DNA from: Perna viridis
Lineage: Eukaryota
Assembly: GCA_037379345.1 (NCBI GenBank)
Contig: CM074511.1
Span: 37,082,862-37,146,861 of the forward strand
DNA length: 64,000 nt
Reading direction: 5' to 3'
How positions within the stretch are numbered: position 1 is the stretch's first letter; every line of letters starts with the position of its first letter. Shown here in pieces: positions 12,480 through 24,900 of the stretch. The notes beneath the pieces were generated by a model. The model did not search any database, was not told where the DNA came from, and saw only the letters and a list, made by a program, of their open reading frames with translations. Position numbers and translations under genes: made by a program.

Positions 12480-15147
12480 GTAAATAATTTTTCTTATTTA
12501 TTTATCAGGTTGTTTTTTTTTCAAATTGATAATACTGACGTGTTTCATTGATTTATCCATAGTTGAATGGGAGTTTACCTGTCATAAAGGCGAGAAAAAT
12601 GAAATTACATTGTCACGATGGTTTATAATTTATAACATACACTTTAAGTTGAGAAAGAGTGAGTTATTAAATAAATGATCTCCAGTATTATAGAAAGCTG
12701 CTTTATGATTAATTTGATGTAAGTTTCTATAGGCTTGTTTTTTTGACTACATTATGTATTGTCCTTTTTTCTGTTGAATAATGTACCAGGTGTTTCTTCT
12801 AAATATTTGCTGAATGAAAAAAAAATATTAACAAATGCTACATTCAAGTTGACAAATGTTATTGTTGGAAATCAACAATTTTGTTTGAACTTTGAAGAAT
12901 ATTTTTCATTCTGTTTGTCTAGTCCAGGCAATTAGTCTGAATCTTAACTAAATGGAGATGGGAGGCTGTAGGTGGTTTTAAGTGAAATTTAGAAATAAAT
13001 GCTAAATTTCAATGAAAGTAATGAAAAGAACATTTTGGTCTTATTTTGTCTTTAAAATACCACCATGCATGCAAACATTATATGTTTTATTGTATAAACA
13101 CATTGGAGAGAATATTGGCATCAAAGTAACGATTTAACAGATTAATTTGATGATTTCTTCTTAGTTGTCTACAGAAGTTGGATCATTCAATGATCTTTTT
13201 CTCACATAGTAGTGGCATATAAACTTAACGTGAGAAAGTTATGGCTAGAAACATTTTATGTTTATTTTGATATGCTGAAATTGACTGTGTTGGGTAATAA
13301 TGTCTCAATAACAAACATGCAATACTGAAGGTATGCAGCTTGTTTGGAAAGATAATAAACTTAAAGTAGAATGAAGATTCTTAATTTACAAACCATTTAA
13401 TGAGGTGTTAGAAGTGGTATCTGAAAAATCAACATGAAGCACTAATCTAATTACAACTCTGGGGTTCAGAAAAGGGGGTGGTTCAGGCATCTTCAAAACT
13501 CTTTGAAAATTTTTATTTACGAAAGAAGTAGCATGTTGTTTCTCTGAAATTAACTTTTAGTGAACTTTATGAAAACAGTTGCATGCATTGTGGATTGAAA
13601 TCAAAGTGCTTGAGTGCTGAAATGTCTTTTATTTAATATGAAGAACCTGTAAGGGTTCCTTTGATCTGAAATATGAAATTTTTGATAACTTTTTGATTAA
13701 ATTGAAGCGATTTCTCTGGAGATTTAATTGTGATTTGATATAACAGCATGAGGTGTGGAAGTTTGTCCTCTTATCAAATCATTTATATACAGTATAACAA
13801 TTATTTCAAGACACAAGTTGTATTTGTTATGAATTTGGATTATTGCTGTAACTTGTAGATCCAATCCTTAGCTCTGCTACATAGTTAAGATGCATATAGA
13901 TTTATTCAGCCTCTCTGTCCATCTTTTTGTTCCTTATACATTTAATGCCTAAATGTTTTTGAAAGGATGGAGTCAGTTCTGTATATTTGCTTCTCATAGT
14001 TTATCTCCTTGTTAGGTTTTGATTTATGTTAAAAAAAAAACGGCCCTTCTACCAGGATTCTGTGAAGGTTTTGGTCCCAATGTCTTTGTGAAGGCCTTAG
14101 AGCATGCCATTTTTATGGACCTCTGAAGAACCACCATGTTTTTTATTTTACAGATTTGTTAGATGAATGGCTGGTTATATTTAAAGTCAGATAAATGATT
14201 TAAAAGGGTGATATTTTTGCTGCTTGTTTTCTACCAAAAGCCAAAAAAAAAAAAATGCTGAAAGAAACTTTCATTGCAGTCAGTGATGCAAACATATTTT
14301 CATACTGATGTTCTTGTATCTGTAGTTATCCTTAAGAAGTTTTTCTTGAGTGGTAACTTGCAAATTTCACATCTTAACATGCTTCTTTATTTCCATTCCA
14401 ATTGTTTATTTGATAATCCACAGATGACTAAACAATACAATTGAGACTATATATTACATGGCACATGTTTTCATTGAAATAAACAGATTTTTTTGTATGT
14501 TACTAAAATATTCAGCATTACAGTGAGTTTTCTATTTTTAAAAGTTGTTAAATGTCTATGGTTCTTGCCATAACTTAATTAATGTTATTCTATTTCTTCT
14601 GTATTCCTTTCATTTAAATATAAGAAATATGAATGGACCAGCTTTCAACATAGATCTTGTTTTGTATAAATTTAATGCAGTGAGAACATTTTTTCCTTTC
14701 TCTGTGTTTTAATATTAAATTTCACATTAATGATATTGTAATGCTATCCTATGTGCATGAGTTCTGTAATCATCTTACCAAATTACTGTGCATCTGAAAT
14801 ACAATATTGCTATTATTTGAACATTTCCTATCATAAAACAGCTTTATAGTCTCAAATAACTCTTGATTTGGTATTGTAATTCTTCATTAAAAACCGTTTG
14901 AGATTTAATGTTTTTCTTGTCTACTAGGTGTCCATATTGTATTGGGTCATGGAACAAATGTCTCCTATATTTTCACTATTATGTCAGTGGTGTTGTATTA
15001 GTGTTTACTGATGTACTTGGTATCTTCTGGTAGTCAAGATTCTGCATACACTTGGTTTAAAAGTAGAAGAGCCAATTCTGTTATTTTCTTATTGTGGGTA
15101 TTTTTTTTTGTATTATGAGCAATCTTATTGAACTTTTGTATGCTCTG

Positions 15148-15630
15148 TTTAGCTCCTCTTGTGAGCTGTTGTCTCATCACTTTGGTCTTGTTTCCATCAG
15201 TCTGTCTCCTGTCATCATTATCTTTTCTTCAAAAAGACTTCTCCTCTGAAACTTCTACCTCTCCGTGAATTATTACCAAATTTGATCACCAGCATCCTCA
15301 GGGCATCTTCTTTCAATTTCCATTGATAATACATATCATAGCTATTTCTGATCCAATGGGGTCAAGTAAAAAATTTCTACTGATATCTCAAATTTGAAAA
15401 TAAATGTGCCCTTCCTTCTTCAGCTTGAAGAGCTCTATCAAAGACTCTATTGGACTGAAGTTGTATGCTGACACCTTATTAGAGTTATTGCCCTTGGAAG
15501 GTGAAACATGGCCTGTGTATGAAAAATGATGCAGGCATATGATTTATTGTTCTGCTTTATCATATGATATGGCTACCAGACTTTTAATTTTTCCAGGTGA
15601 GCAATTCAGGCTCCGAAGAGCATATCATTT
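15148..15630 (+). mobile_element. Helentron-associated non-autonomous element (HINE/DINE-1/pearl-like), degraded
   Basis: The 5' end has tttAGCTC..., a nearby inverted gtGAGCT and a gtct-rich tract. The interior has cttctcctctgaaact. The 3' end has subterminal CAGGTGAGC, a short hairpin gctc-cgaa-gagc and a T tract. This is the established HINE layout. Confidence 0.7.
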
Positions 15631-17792
15631 GTTATTTTGTCACTGAGTGAATTTATATGTAGACTTGCAAGCTTCTACTTCTACCTACTTCCCAATTCTT
15701 GTTTGGTACTTGTAATACACAAGGCTTATATAAACCCAATTTAAAGCTTTAACAGCAGACATGTATCTTTTTATTCTATCTGGTCTTAATGAGCGGTTTA
15801 AAGTACTGACACACTGGTAGCTTACTTTATTGTTCAAATGTAATGAGCAACTCTAAGCAAAAAAAGGACTTTTTTAGGAACTTAGAAATTTCTTCCACAT
15901 TTGAAGACCAATTAAATTTTCTTTATGTCTAGATTCTATCAAAGTTATCACAATTTATTGCATGAAAACAGAATAGAAAATAAATCAGAAATGATTTAAT
16001 TAGAATTAGTTTCTTTGAAGATTGGAAGGTAACATAGAATCAAACGGGATTGAAGGCCAAAGAAAACATTTATTAACTAATGCAGCCAATTTATTCAAAG
16101 TACAATCCTAAATACTTGCAGTTTACTGCTTCCATCTCTACTAAATTGGGGTTACGATCTCGTGCAAGCCCCATCATCTCCAAAACATAATCATCAAACA
16201 AGTGGATATTGATTGTGAATAAATATTTTCATAAATGGATGGAATCTTCATGATTGAATGATATTATATACATGGGAATGTGTAAAATTGAGTTTGATTT
16301 TTATACAGTTATTAGACCAGAATTATATATTACTTCAAACTATCTTAGGAGGAATGAAAAGTAGGAATGTAAATTCCATCAGAAAATCAATCCATAAAAG
16401 CAATGCAGAAATGCAATACCGTTAATTTCATAAAATGATGATTTTCGGTTTTTATGGAGGGTTTATTTATCAAAATGTTTTTTTGTCTGAATCGTGGGTT
16501 ATGTTGGGAAATCAAGATATTGTTATGTTCAGTGTATGAGTTATTACTTATATTAAGATTTGCCAGTTGGGACTATGAATGATTACCATTTAGCTGAGAG
16601 CTCACTTTGGAGTGTAGGATATTTAATGGTCCACAAAATAATGTAGATATAGATACAGATAATTGACGTTATGATCTGTTTATTGGTACCTTTTTTCCAT
16701 ATTTGGGATGTCTGTAGATATATGCACATACTGGTAATTTGATTTTAGGTTTGACTATGAGAGATGGAACTATTTATACCCGAAATAAAAACTTTGTTGA
16801 TGTAGTACTTTACTGTTTTGGTTGACCATCGGAGAAATGTTAGACTTCTTAGAATAACCTCTCTGCACCTGCTTCAAACATCATCTTCAAACACCACTTT
16901 GAAAATACCCATGTCATTTTGGATGAATGATTATTAGCCATTTATGTTTCAGATCGCTACATATTTAAGATGTCGCTAACACTCCTTTCCTGGGAACATG
17001 ACTTCATAAACATTGAGATTATTTTTTGGAAAAGAAAATTGCTACAATCTGAACTATTTATCAATCATAGCAAAACCAGTATTATATATGACATGATTTG
17101 AAGATGATAGGCACTCTTAGCAATGAAATGACATTTGTCATAGTTGTATCACAGATGGTCTCTAAAAATAATTCATTTATCACATGTATAACTCTACTGT
17201 CATAAAGAAATAGTGAAGTGTGGCTAGTGCTAGTATTTTTTAATTTTATAATTCACATATATGTCTGTTTCTCACTACCCTACCTACCATAAATATTTTA
17301 TGGTTATTTTGGAACTGTTAAAGTCTAGATTGATTCCCCATTAACTTTAACTTGAAGAATTAAGTAATTTCCTTACCTATCTATCCTATTTTTTCTAGCT
17401 GGTAGTAGGAAACAAGATTTTTTTTTGCCTTAGTTTTCTGGAGAAATTCTGGTTGTATCTTAGGGTGCAGCATTTAGATTTTACTAAGAAATTGGTTCTT
17501 TAAACTATACTATGGTTCATTGGCATAGATATCTACCTACATAGTTTTATATATAGGGTTATATCAGGTCAGTATCTCCATTAGGTACATGTATATACCA
17601 TCCAGTTATATACTTATATGTAGATGATACCCCAAATTTGCTGTCCATGTATAAATTTGAATAAATTTATATTAAAAATTGAAAATCTTAAATTGAAAGA
17701 TGTAATTTTAAATGTTTTTGACCTTTGATCATCATGGTTGGTCTTGGCAAAGAAGGTTTACAAATGTCTGAAGGCTGATTGGTCTACAAATG

Positions 17793-17980
17793 TTGGTGTC
17801 TATGGAAGGTCAGCATTAGCACTGATGGTTAGTTGGTCTACAAGGCCAGTCATTATGGCAGACACAAGTATATACATGTACTGGTGTCTGTGGAAGGTCA
17901 ACATTAGTACTTTTGGTTATTTGGTCTACCAGGCCAGTCATTATGACAGACATTGTTGGTTAGTTGGTCTTTGAAGCAAG
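17793..17980. repeat. Imperfect tandem repeat (two copies about 89 bp apart plus a partial third) just upstream of the minisatellite
   Basis: tggtgtctatggaaggtcagcattagcactgatggttagttggtctacaaggccagtcattatggcagaca versus tggtgtctgtggaaggtcaacattagtacttttggttatttggtctaccaggccagtcattatgacagaca. Confidence 0.85.
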
Positions 17981-18093
17981 TCATTATTGGTAGGCATTGA
18001 AAAATCTCTTTATCTTACAAGATTGACAGTAGAGGTTGGTCAGCCTGAAAAACTAGTCATGGTGGTGATCTTGAAGTTAAACTTTTGTACCCA

Positions 18094-19330
18094 GAAGGTT
18101 GGATATGAACCTTTGTCCTCTGAAAGTATGAGATGAACCTTTGTCCTCTGTAAGGTTGGATATGAACCTTTGTCCTCAGAAAGGTATGAGATGAACCTTT
18201 GTCCTCTGAAAGGTTGGATATGAACTTTTGTCCTCTAAAAGGTAGGATATGAACCTTTGTCCTCAGAAAGGTATGAGATGAACCTTTGTCCTCTGAAAGG
18301 TTGGATATGAACCTTTGTCCTCAGAAAGGTATGAGATGAACATTTGTCCTCAGAAAGGTATGAGGTGAACCTTGTCCTCAGAAAGGTATGAGGTGAACCT
18401 TGTCCTTTGAAAAATTGGATATGAACCTTTGTCCTCTGAAAGGTAGGATATGAACCTTTGTCCTCAGAAAGGTATGAGATGAACCTTTGTCCTCTAAAAG
18501 GTTGGGTATGAACCTTTGTCCTCAGAGAGGTATGAGATGAACCTTTGTCCTCAGAAAAGTATGAGATGAACCTTTGCCCTCTGAAAGGTAGGATATGAAC
18601 CTTTGTCCTCAGAAAGGTATGAGATGAACCTTTGTCCTCTAAAAGGTTGGGTATGAACCTTTGTCCTCAGAAAGGTATGAGATGAACCTTTGTCCTCTGA
18701 AAGGTTGGATATGAACATTTGTCCTCTGAAAGGTATGAGATGAACCTTTGTCCTCTGAAAGGTTGGATATGAACCTTTGTCCTCTGAAAGGTCGGATATG
18801 AACCTTTGTCCTCAGAAAGGTATGAGATGAACCTTTGTCCTCTGAAAGGTTGGATATGAACATTTGTCCTCAGAAAGGTATGAGATGAACATTTGTCCTC
18901 TGAAAGGTTGGATACGAACCTTTGTCCTCTGAAAGGTTGGATATGAACCTTTGTCCTCAGAAAGGTATGAGATGAACCTTTGTCCTCAGAAAGGTATGAG
19001 ATGAACCTTTGCCCTCTGAAAGGTTGCATATGAACCTTTGTCCTCTGAAAGGTTGCATATGAACCTTTGTTCTCAGAAAGGTAGTATATGAACCTTTGTC
19101 CTCTGAAAGGTTGGATATGAACTTTTGACCTCTGAAAGGTTGTCATGAGAATATCAGAGATGAACATAGTCTTCAGAAAAAAAACTGGAGATGGACTTTT
19201 GTTGTCAGAAAGGTCAGAGGTTAGCCTTTGTCCTGAGAACGTCAGAGAGTAACCTCATCCGAAGAAAAATTGGAGATAAAGCTTTGTCTTCTGAAACATT
19301 GGAAATAAACTGTGTCCTCAGAAAGGTTGC
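18094..19330. repeat. 29-bp minisatellite: about 36 well-conserved units to ~19140, then about 6 decayed units
   Basis: Units are GAAAGGTTGGATATGAACCTTTGTCCTC(A/T) (type A) and GAAAGGTATGAGATGAACCTTTGTCCTC(T/A) (type B), often alternating. Confidence 0.97.
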
Positions 19331-22300
19331 AAAATTTAGATGATGATTGAACAATGGAATTTTGGTCAGATAATGTGTAAAGAAATGATTTTTTTCTTAG
19401 TGCCGCAGTTTACATCAAAATTTAAATGTTGTGGTTGAAGCAGGTTGTAGTTATCAGTTTAGCAATAGAAACTTGGTGTAATTCTTACAGACATAATCTC
19501 AGTTGGTCCCTCAGCAATCTCCTGCAACATTATCTTCACCCATTAAAATTAAAAAGAAGGTATAATACCACTATTAAGGGGAACCAGTCACATGCACATA
19601 CCAGAAAGTAGTTCGTAAAAAACAAAATAGTTGCTAGGATGCATTGTATATTTTTTTGTGATTTAACCAGTATATCATCTGGGTATCATCTGAAAGCTTA
19701 TTGTGTCAGGTACACACTGAATACAACAGTTTTGAACTCTGATGTAGAGAATAATTTGTTAGAATCTAGATCTTAAGTCCATTGATTTGTCAAATTTTCA
19801 AAAGGAAGTAGTATTTTTAGTACCTGCCTACTTTCACTTCACCGTTCTTTCTTTGAGGCCTTTAAAGGTATGCTGCAAAATTTATGAGAGTCTTTAAAGG
19901 GTTCCCTCTATGATAAAACCTGTTAAAATTCATTTTAACAAACTTTAAAAAAGATTGGGACCTTAAAAACTGCTTAATTTAACTTAGAAAATATAGTAAT
20001 GGGACTTTTAATAGTGGTTTTACACCTAGAAATGTCTACAACTAAGTATACATGTATTACTTTTTAAACCTTAATTTTGGCTCAAAGTTTGTATGTGAAA
20101 ATCTTTCATAAGAAAATTCAGATGCATAAATGGATTTTAGGAGGCAACCTCAAGCTCCCCTTCCCAGTTTATCCCTTTTTGGAATTTCTGAATCCACTAA
20201 TGAGATGAGTAGAATTTTCACATTGACACTTTAAGAGATTGACATTTCTGTGTTTTATTAGTTCACTGGAAATTTTCCTTCACAGTTCTGTATGATTTTT
20301 GTCACAAGATTTTTTTAAAAAATCCCTTTTTGCTGTGTTTTTTTTTTTAACAAATTACAAAAAGCGCCTTCTACCATTAATTAAGAAAAACATGCATTTT
20401 ATTTTGTAATTGTCCTCAAGCACCATACACTAGTGATTACACTCTCAATTTGTCAACAACCTGCAGAAAACAGATACAATTTAATTGAATCTCAAGTGAC
20501 ACAAAAAATATGATTATCACCATTCTGGCTTGACATTTACACCCTGCATCAATCATTTGTTGTAATTCTGACAAATTAAGTTATGATGATATGAATAATT
20601 TAACCATGAATTATGACAATTGTGATGAGATAATAGGCAACTAATGGCAATAAATTGCTGTGGTAGATCACAAAATATAATCTTTTCCCATTTTCGGAAT
20701 GAAAATAGTTGGTATTATAGCATACCTTGAATTGTCCACAGCTCATCACATCAATTTCATGTAAATGAGTTTTGTTCCTTCAAATTAGAGGTTAAGGGCT
20801 CTTTAGTTTAGCATTTGTCATTTTTATTGTTATACTGTAATGTTTTGCTTGAATCATCTTTTTCCTCCAGGATTGGTTGCTCTTAAGTTTTGTCCTGTTT
20901 CTTTCAATGAGAGGATAGTAAGTAATGAGAGAAGTGGGATATCTACAAATTAATTTGGTTGCCATTTTAAGATGTTGAATAATCTGCCTGTTCAGAATCT
21001 TTTTTTCAAACTAGCTGCTACTATGTATTAACTTTATCCTCAGTTTTGAAGATGGATTTCAACACAACATGGGTACATTTGCTTTTTTTCCTAATTTAAA
21101 ACAATCCTTTTTTTCCAATAAAAAATATTTATATTTATAAATGTATACAGTGTGTATCGGTTCCATAAAGGTAGACTATTTTTTTATGTATCTATGTGTT
21201 ACCTTGCAGATCATGTTGCCGTTTTTGAACCATAACAAACATGGGGTCATGAACCATCTTTTACTAGTTCATTAAAAAATTGTCTGTGTATTTCTTTCCT
21301 GCAAGCTGTTGCTATTAAAGTTGGTACATTGGGAGGACTTAGTACTTGAGTAATTGGTCATAAATAGCTATAATTTAATAGATATTGGCAAAGTATATTA
21401 CATATAATCTATCTATTGGGACAAGAAGATCTTTTATTGTGTTATGTATTTGTTTATTGATCCATCTTTCAAAGTTATGGATGAAAGGTATCTTATTTTT
21501 TATGACATTATTGAAGAAAGTCTATGATCAAATGATAATACACTATGTGAAGATCCTGAAATGCTTTGAAGGGGTTCTGATTTAAAAAAAAAAAAAGGGG
21601 GGGTTCAGGATATAATATTTGCTTATTTTACCAAAATTTTACCAAAACACAGAATAAAAAAAAAAAAATTAAAGGAGAGGGTCACTCCCAAAACCTTCCT
21701 CTGGTTCTAGCCAGTATTCAAGTAGTCATGAATATATCAATTTTATATGAGATTTAATTTGCCAAAACAAGCTACTATGGTACTTGCCACAATGTCACTC
21801 TATGTACTGCATATATATCAAAACCTCTTTTTGCTTACCATATATAAATGATATTGGTGGTTTACCAAAGTCTATGTACCAATGATGGATCCTGGTGGTT
21901 CACGTAGGTCAGACCCTCCCCTCTCCTTTTTTGTTGGAACATTTTGTAGATTTTGTGGAAAATTTACATAAAATGAACAAAAGTAGTCTTGTACTGCCTC
22001 TTTTTCTGGAACCCCTCTGACACCCACCTCCCAGTCTTTCTCTTAATGTGCACCTTTATCTCACTTTACTTTTCGTAAGATTTGCTTATGCTTAATCCAT
22101 TCATTCATATACACTCTGAGAATTTGCAGTTCAGTAATGGAAACAATATTACCAGAATAAATATATATATGATGAAAAGAGATACAGTTTTGCTAGTTTA
22201 TTAGCACATAATCACACTAATTGTTCTTCTGTTGGCAAAGAAAATATTGCTTCTTGGTATGTTTGTATTTTGTTTATAATGTAAACAACATTTACCCAGT

Positions 22301-24539
22301 AATATGTAGCTGACTCTGCTGTTGGTCCAAATTATCATCAGAATCTAATGTGCCTGCATGATGTATGGTGCTTAAGATTATGATAAAGTTTATCTTGCTC
22401 TTTCCTAATATAAATGGGTCTCAGAGGCATTGCAGAAGTTTGGCTCCATCTTTGAATAGAAAAACAGACAATTGAAAGTTTAAAGATTTTTATTTTGGAA
22501 CTGTTTGGCATGGACAATATGGATAATAGATATGGTTTTGTCGTCATTGAACTAGATAAGATAAGACATGTGTTTACAACAAAACACATGATAACAATGA
22601 TCAAATAATTATATAAATTTATGAAAATGACTACATAGAATGTTTACCCTAAAATGATGCCATTTACATTCTAAAGGACCAACAAAAAATAGTAGTCTTA
22701 TAAGGGTATAAAAGTATATAGATGTTTTAAAATTGTCATATTGAGCCATACCACAAAAAACTTAGGGTTGGTTTTGGGTAGTGAATTGAACTGTTTTGGA
22801 ATTCGGGGCCAAAAAGAGCATTTCTGTGATATTCAGACAATAACTTGAGTAAAAGAGAACAGATCTTTTCGAAATTGTACCACAAGGTACCATATCTGCT
22901 AAGGAAGGCTGGGATTGATTTTTGGGATATGTTACTGAATCTCTGTGGTGGTATTGAGCAGAATCCTGCTAAGATTTTACTGACTTTCAAAGGTTTTATA
23001 ATTCCTTTCATTAAGGGTTAGGGTTAGATTAATTACCACAAATATTGGTCTTGATCTCTCTCCATAGATCTCCATGGGAATAAACTGTCTTCAACCAATG
23101 TTGAAAAATCATCATGTTTTCTATCATTGGCTACTTTTAAAGTTAGGTATTGATGTACATAAAGAACCTGTTCCCTCTTGTTGAAATATATTTTCACTTT
23201 CAGTAGGTTGTGAGGTTAAGGTTAAACTTCTAAATATATGAAATTTGATATCTATGGTGTTAGCATTCTCATCTTGATAGTAGTAGTTGCCATCATTGAC
23301 CATTGTTTATCTATTTTTTGCTTTTTCTCTATTACTAATTATGAAAATGTTTATCCCTGGTTGATGACAAGTAAAAATATCTTATATCCTGCATTTAAAA
23401 GAAATACTACAAGACAAAAGGCATTAAATAGCATGACACTATCAATAGGAAATGGTTTCAAAATGATAATTTAAACCTTTTATAATATTGGACCACAATC
23501 AAGTAATGACTTCAGTCAAAAAAATACATTATGCAATCAAAAAGCCATCTCATTACACAATAAAGCATGCACTTTGCTGTACTGCCTTTTGACACATTGA
23601 ATTTATCTTTGATAACAATCACATTGGCACTCAGAACACATGAACTGGAGCTAATTTACCAATTATAAGGTACACCTATTAAGATTATCTTGGACTAGAT
23701 TATGATGAATAGAAGAAGAAATTATTTGAACATCTTTGGCAAAGGATAAAAGAGGACATCTTCCCTGAACGAGATATGAAGATATGTCAGTTGATGTTTT
23801 GGATGTTATGTCAGATCCTAATGAAATCTTAAGGGACTGCTAAGTTTCCTTGACAGTTTCTGTTTTCTTCATCTGTCTGATCTTGTCAGTTTCTTTATCA
23901 TTACTTTAAAATTTATTGGCTCATCACCATTGTCATCTCCCAATTTGGGAACTGTTATACGGTTTTTTGTTTTTATTGATGAAACAATGATGGACAAAGA
24001 AATTGGGGATGTTTTTTTTAATTTTGCAGTCTTTTCCATTATAATGATACCGAAACAAATTTTGGGCATATGGTATTTGGTTCTGTTTGTCTGTCAGTAT
24101 GTATTTTGTTTCATTTTTCTAACAAACTTTTCTATGAAGATGATATTATCATGATTTGTATATTACATGTACCTTATAGTTGCCATAGGGAAACGAGTGC
24201 TGAACTTTCATATAAAAATGTCTAGACTATCAGATTTTGTTTCAATATGTTGGGCTGAAATTTTAGGAATGTTGCAACACCTTGATGCTTACTGGGTGGT
24301 GTCAAGCATCAAAATTTGTTGTGAGCAATTAACCTCCCCTCTTTCCTCCCCACTTAATGATGTGGCTGTAAAGAAGTGGAAAGGAAAGGATTGATGAAAT
24401 GTTGACAATATGTTTTGAAGGAGGACAAATTATAGAACATCCGTATTATATTAATAAGGGTGCTTGATCTGTTTGCAAATGCTAGCAATTTTGGTTGCTG
24501 TGCAATTTGAACATTCAGTTTTATTGGATTTCGCTACCC

Positions 24540-24900
24540 ATATATGGAACAATAAATGAAATTTTCCTCACAAAAATCTTGGCAGGCAACAAATAGATTT
24601 ATGTTAAATATGGCTTTATAAAGATGGAGCTTAAGTTGAACCCAGTATTGTTTGCTGTCCAATATCAACTTCCTGTATGAGTGGCAAAGTCCAGAGAGGG
24701 GGTTGCAGGGGGTTGGCACCCCTTTTTATTGGAATTTTGTCATTTTCATGTGTAAAATTAACAAAAATGGCAAATACCAGTAATATCTTAGCAACTCCCT
24801 TTTCTGAGGAATCCTGCCTAGCACTCTCATTTTCAAAGTGTCAGGATCCCGCCCTGAGTGGGGATATAGCTAGCACAACAACACATTCAACTTCATATTT
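24540..24900 (+). mobile_element. HINE-like relic interrupted by a nested MITE (about 24679-24856)
   Basis: The host motif ttgctgtccaatatcaacttcctgtat resumes as agtggggatat after an insert. The insert is bounded by degenerate inverted ends gtggcaaagtccagagagggg ... ggatcccgccctg. Confidence 0.55.

Noticed and set aside
18094-19330. CRISPR-like appearance (29-bp palindromic repeats) and ORFs 18667..19167 and 18639..18863
   Set aside because: There are no unique spacers and no cas genes, and the context is eukaryotic. The ORFs are just translations of a stop-poor repeat whose unit is not a multiple of 3.
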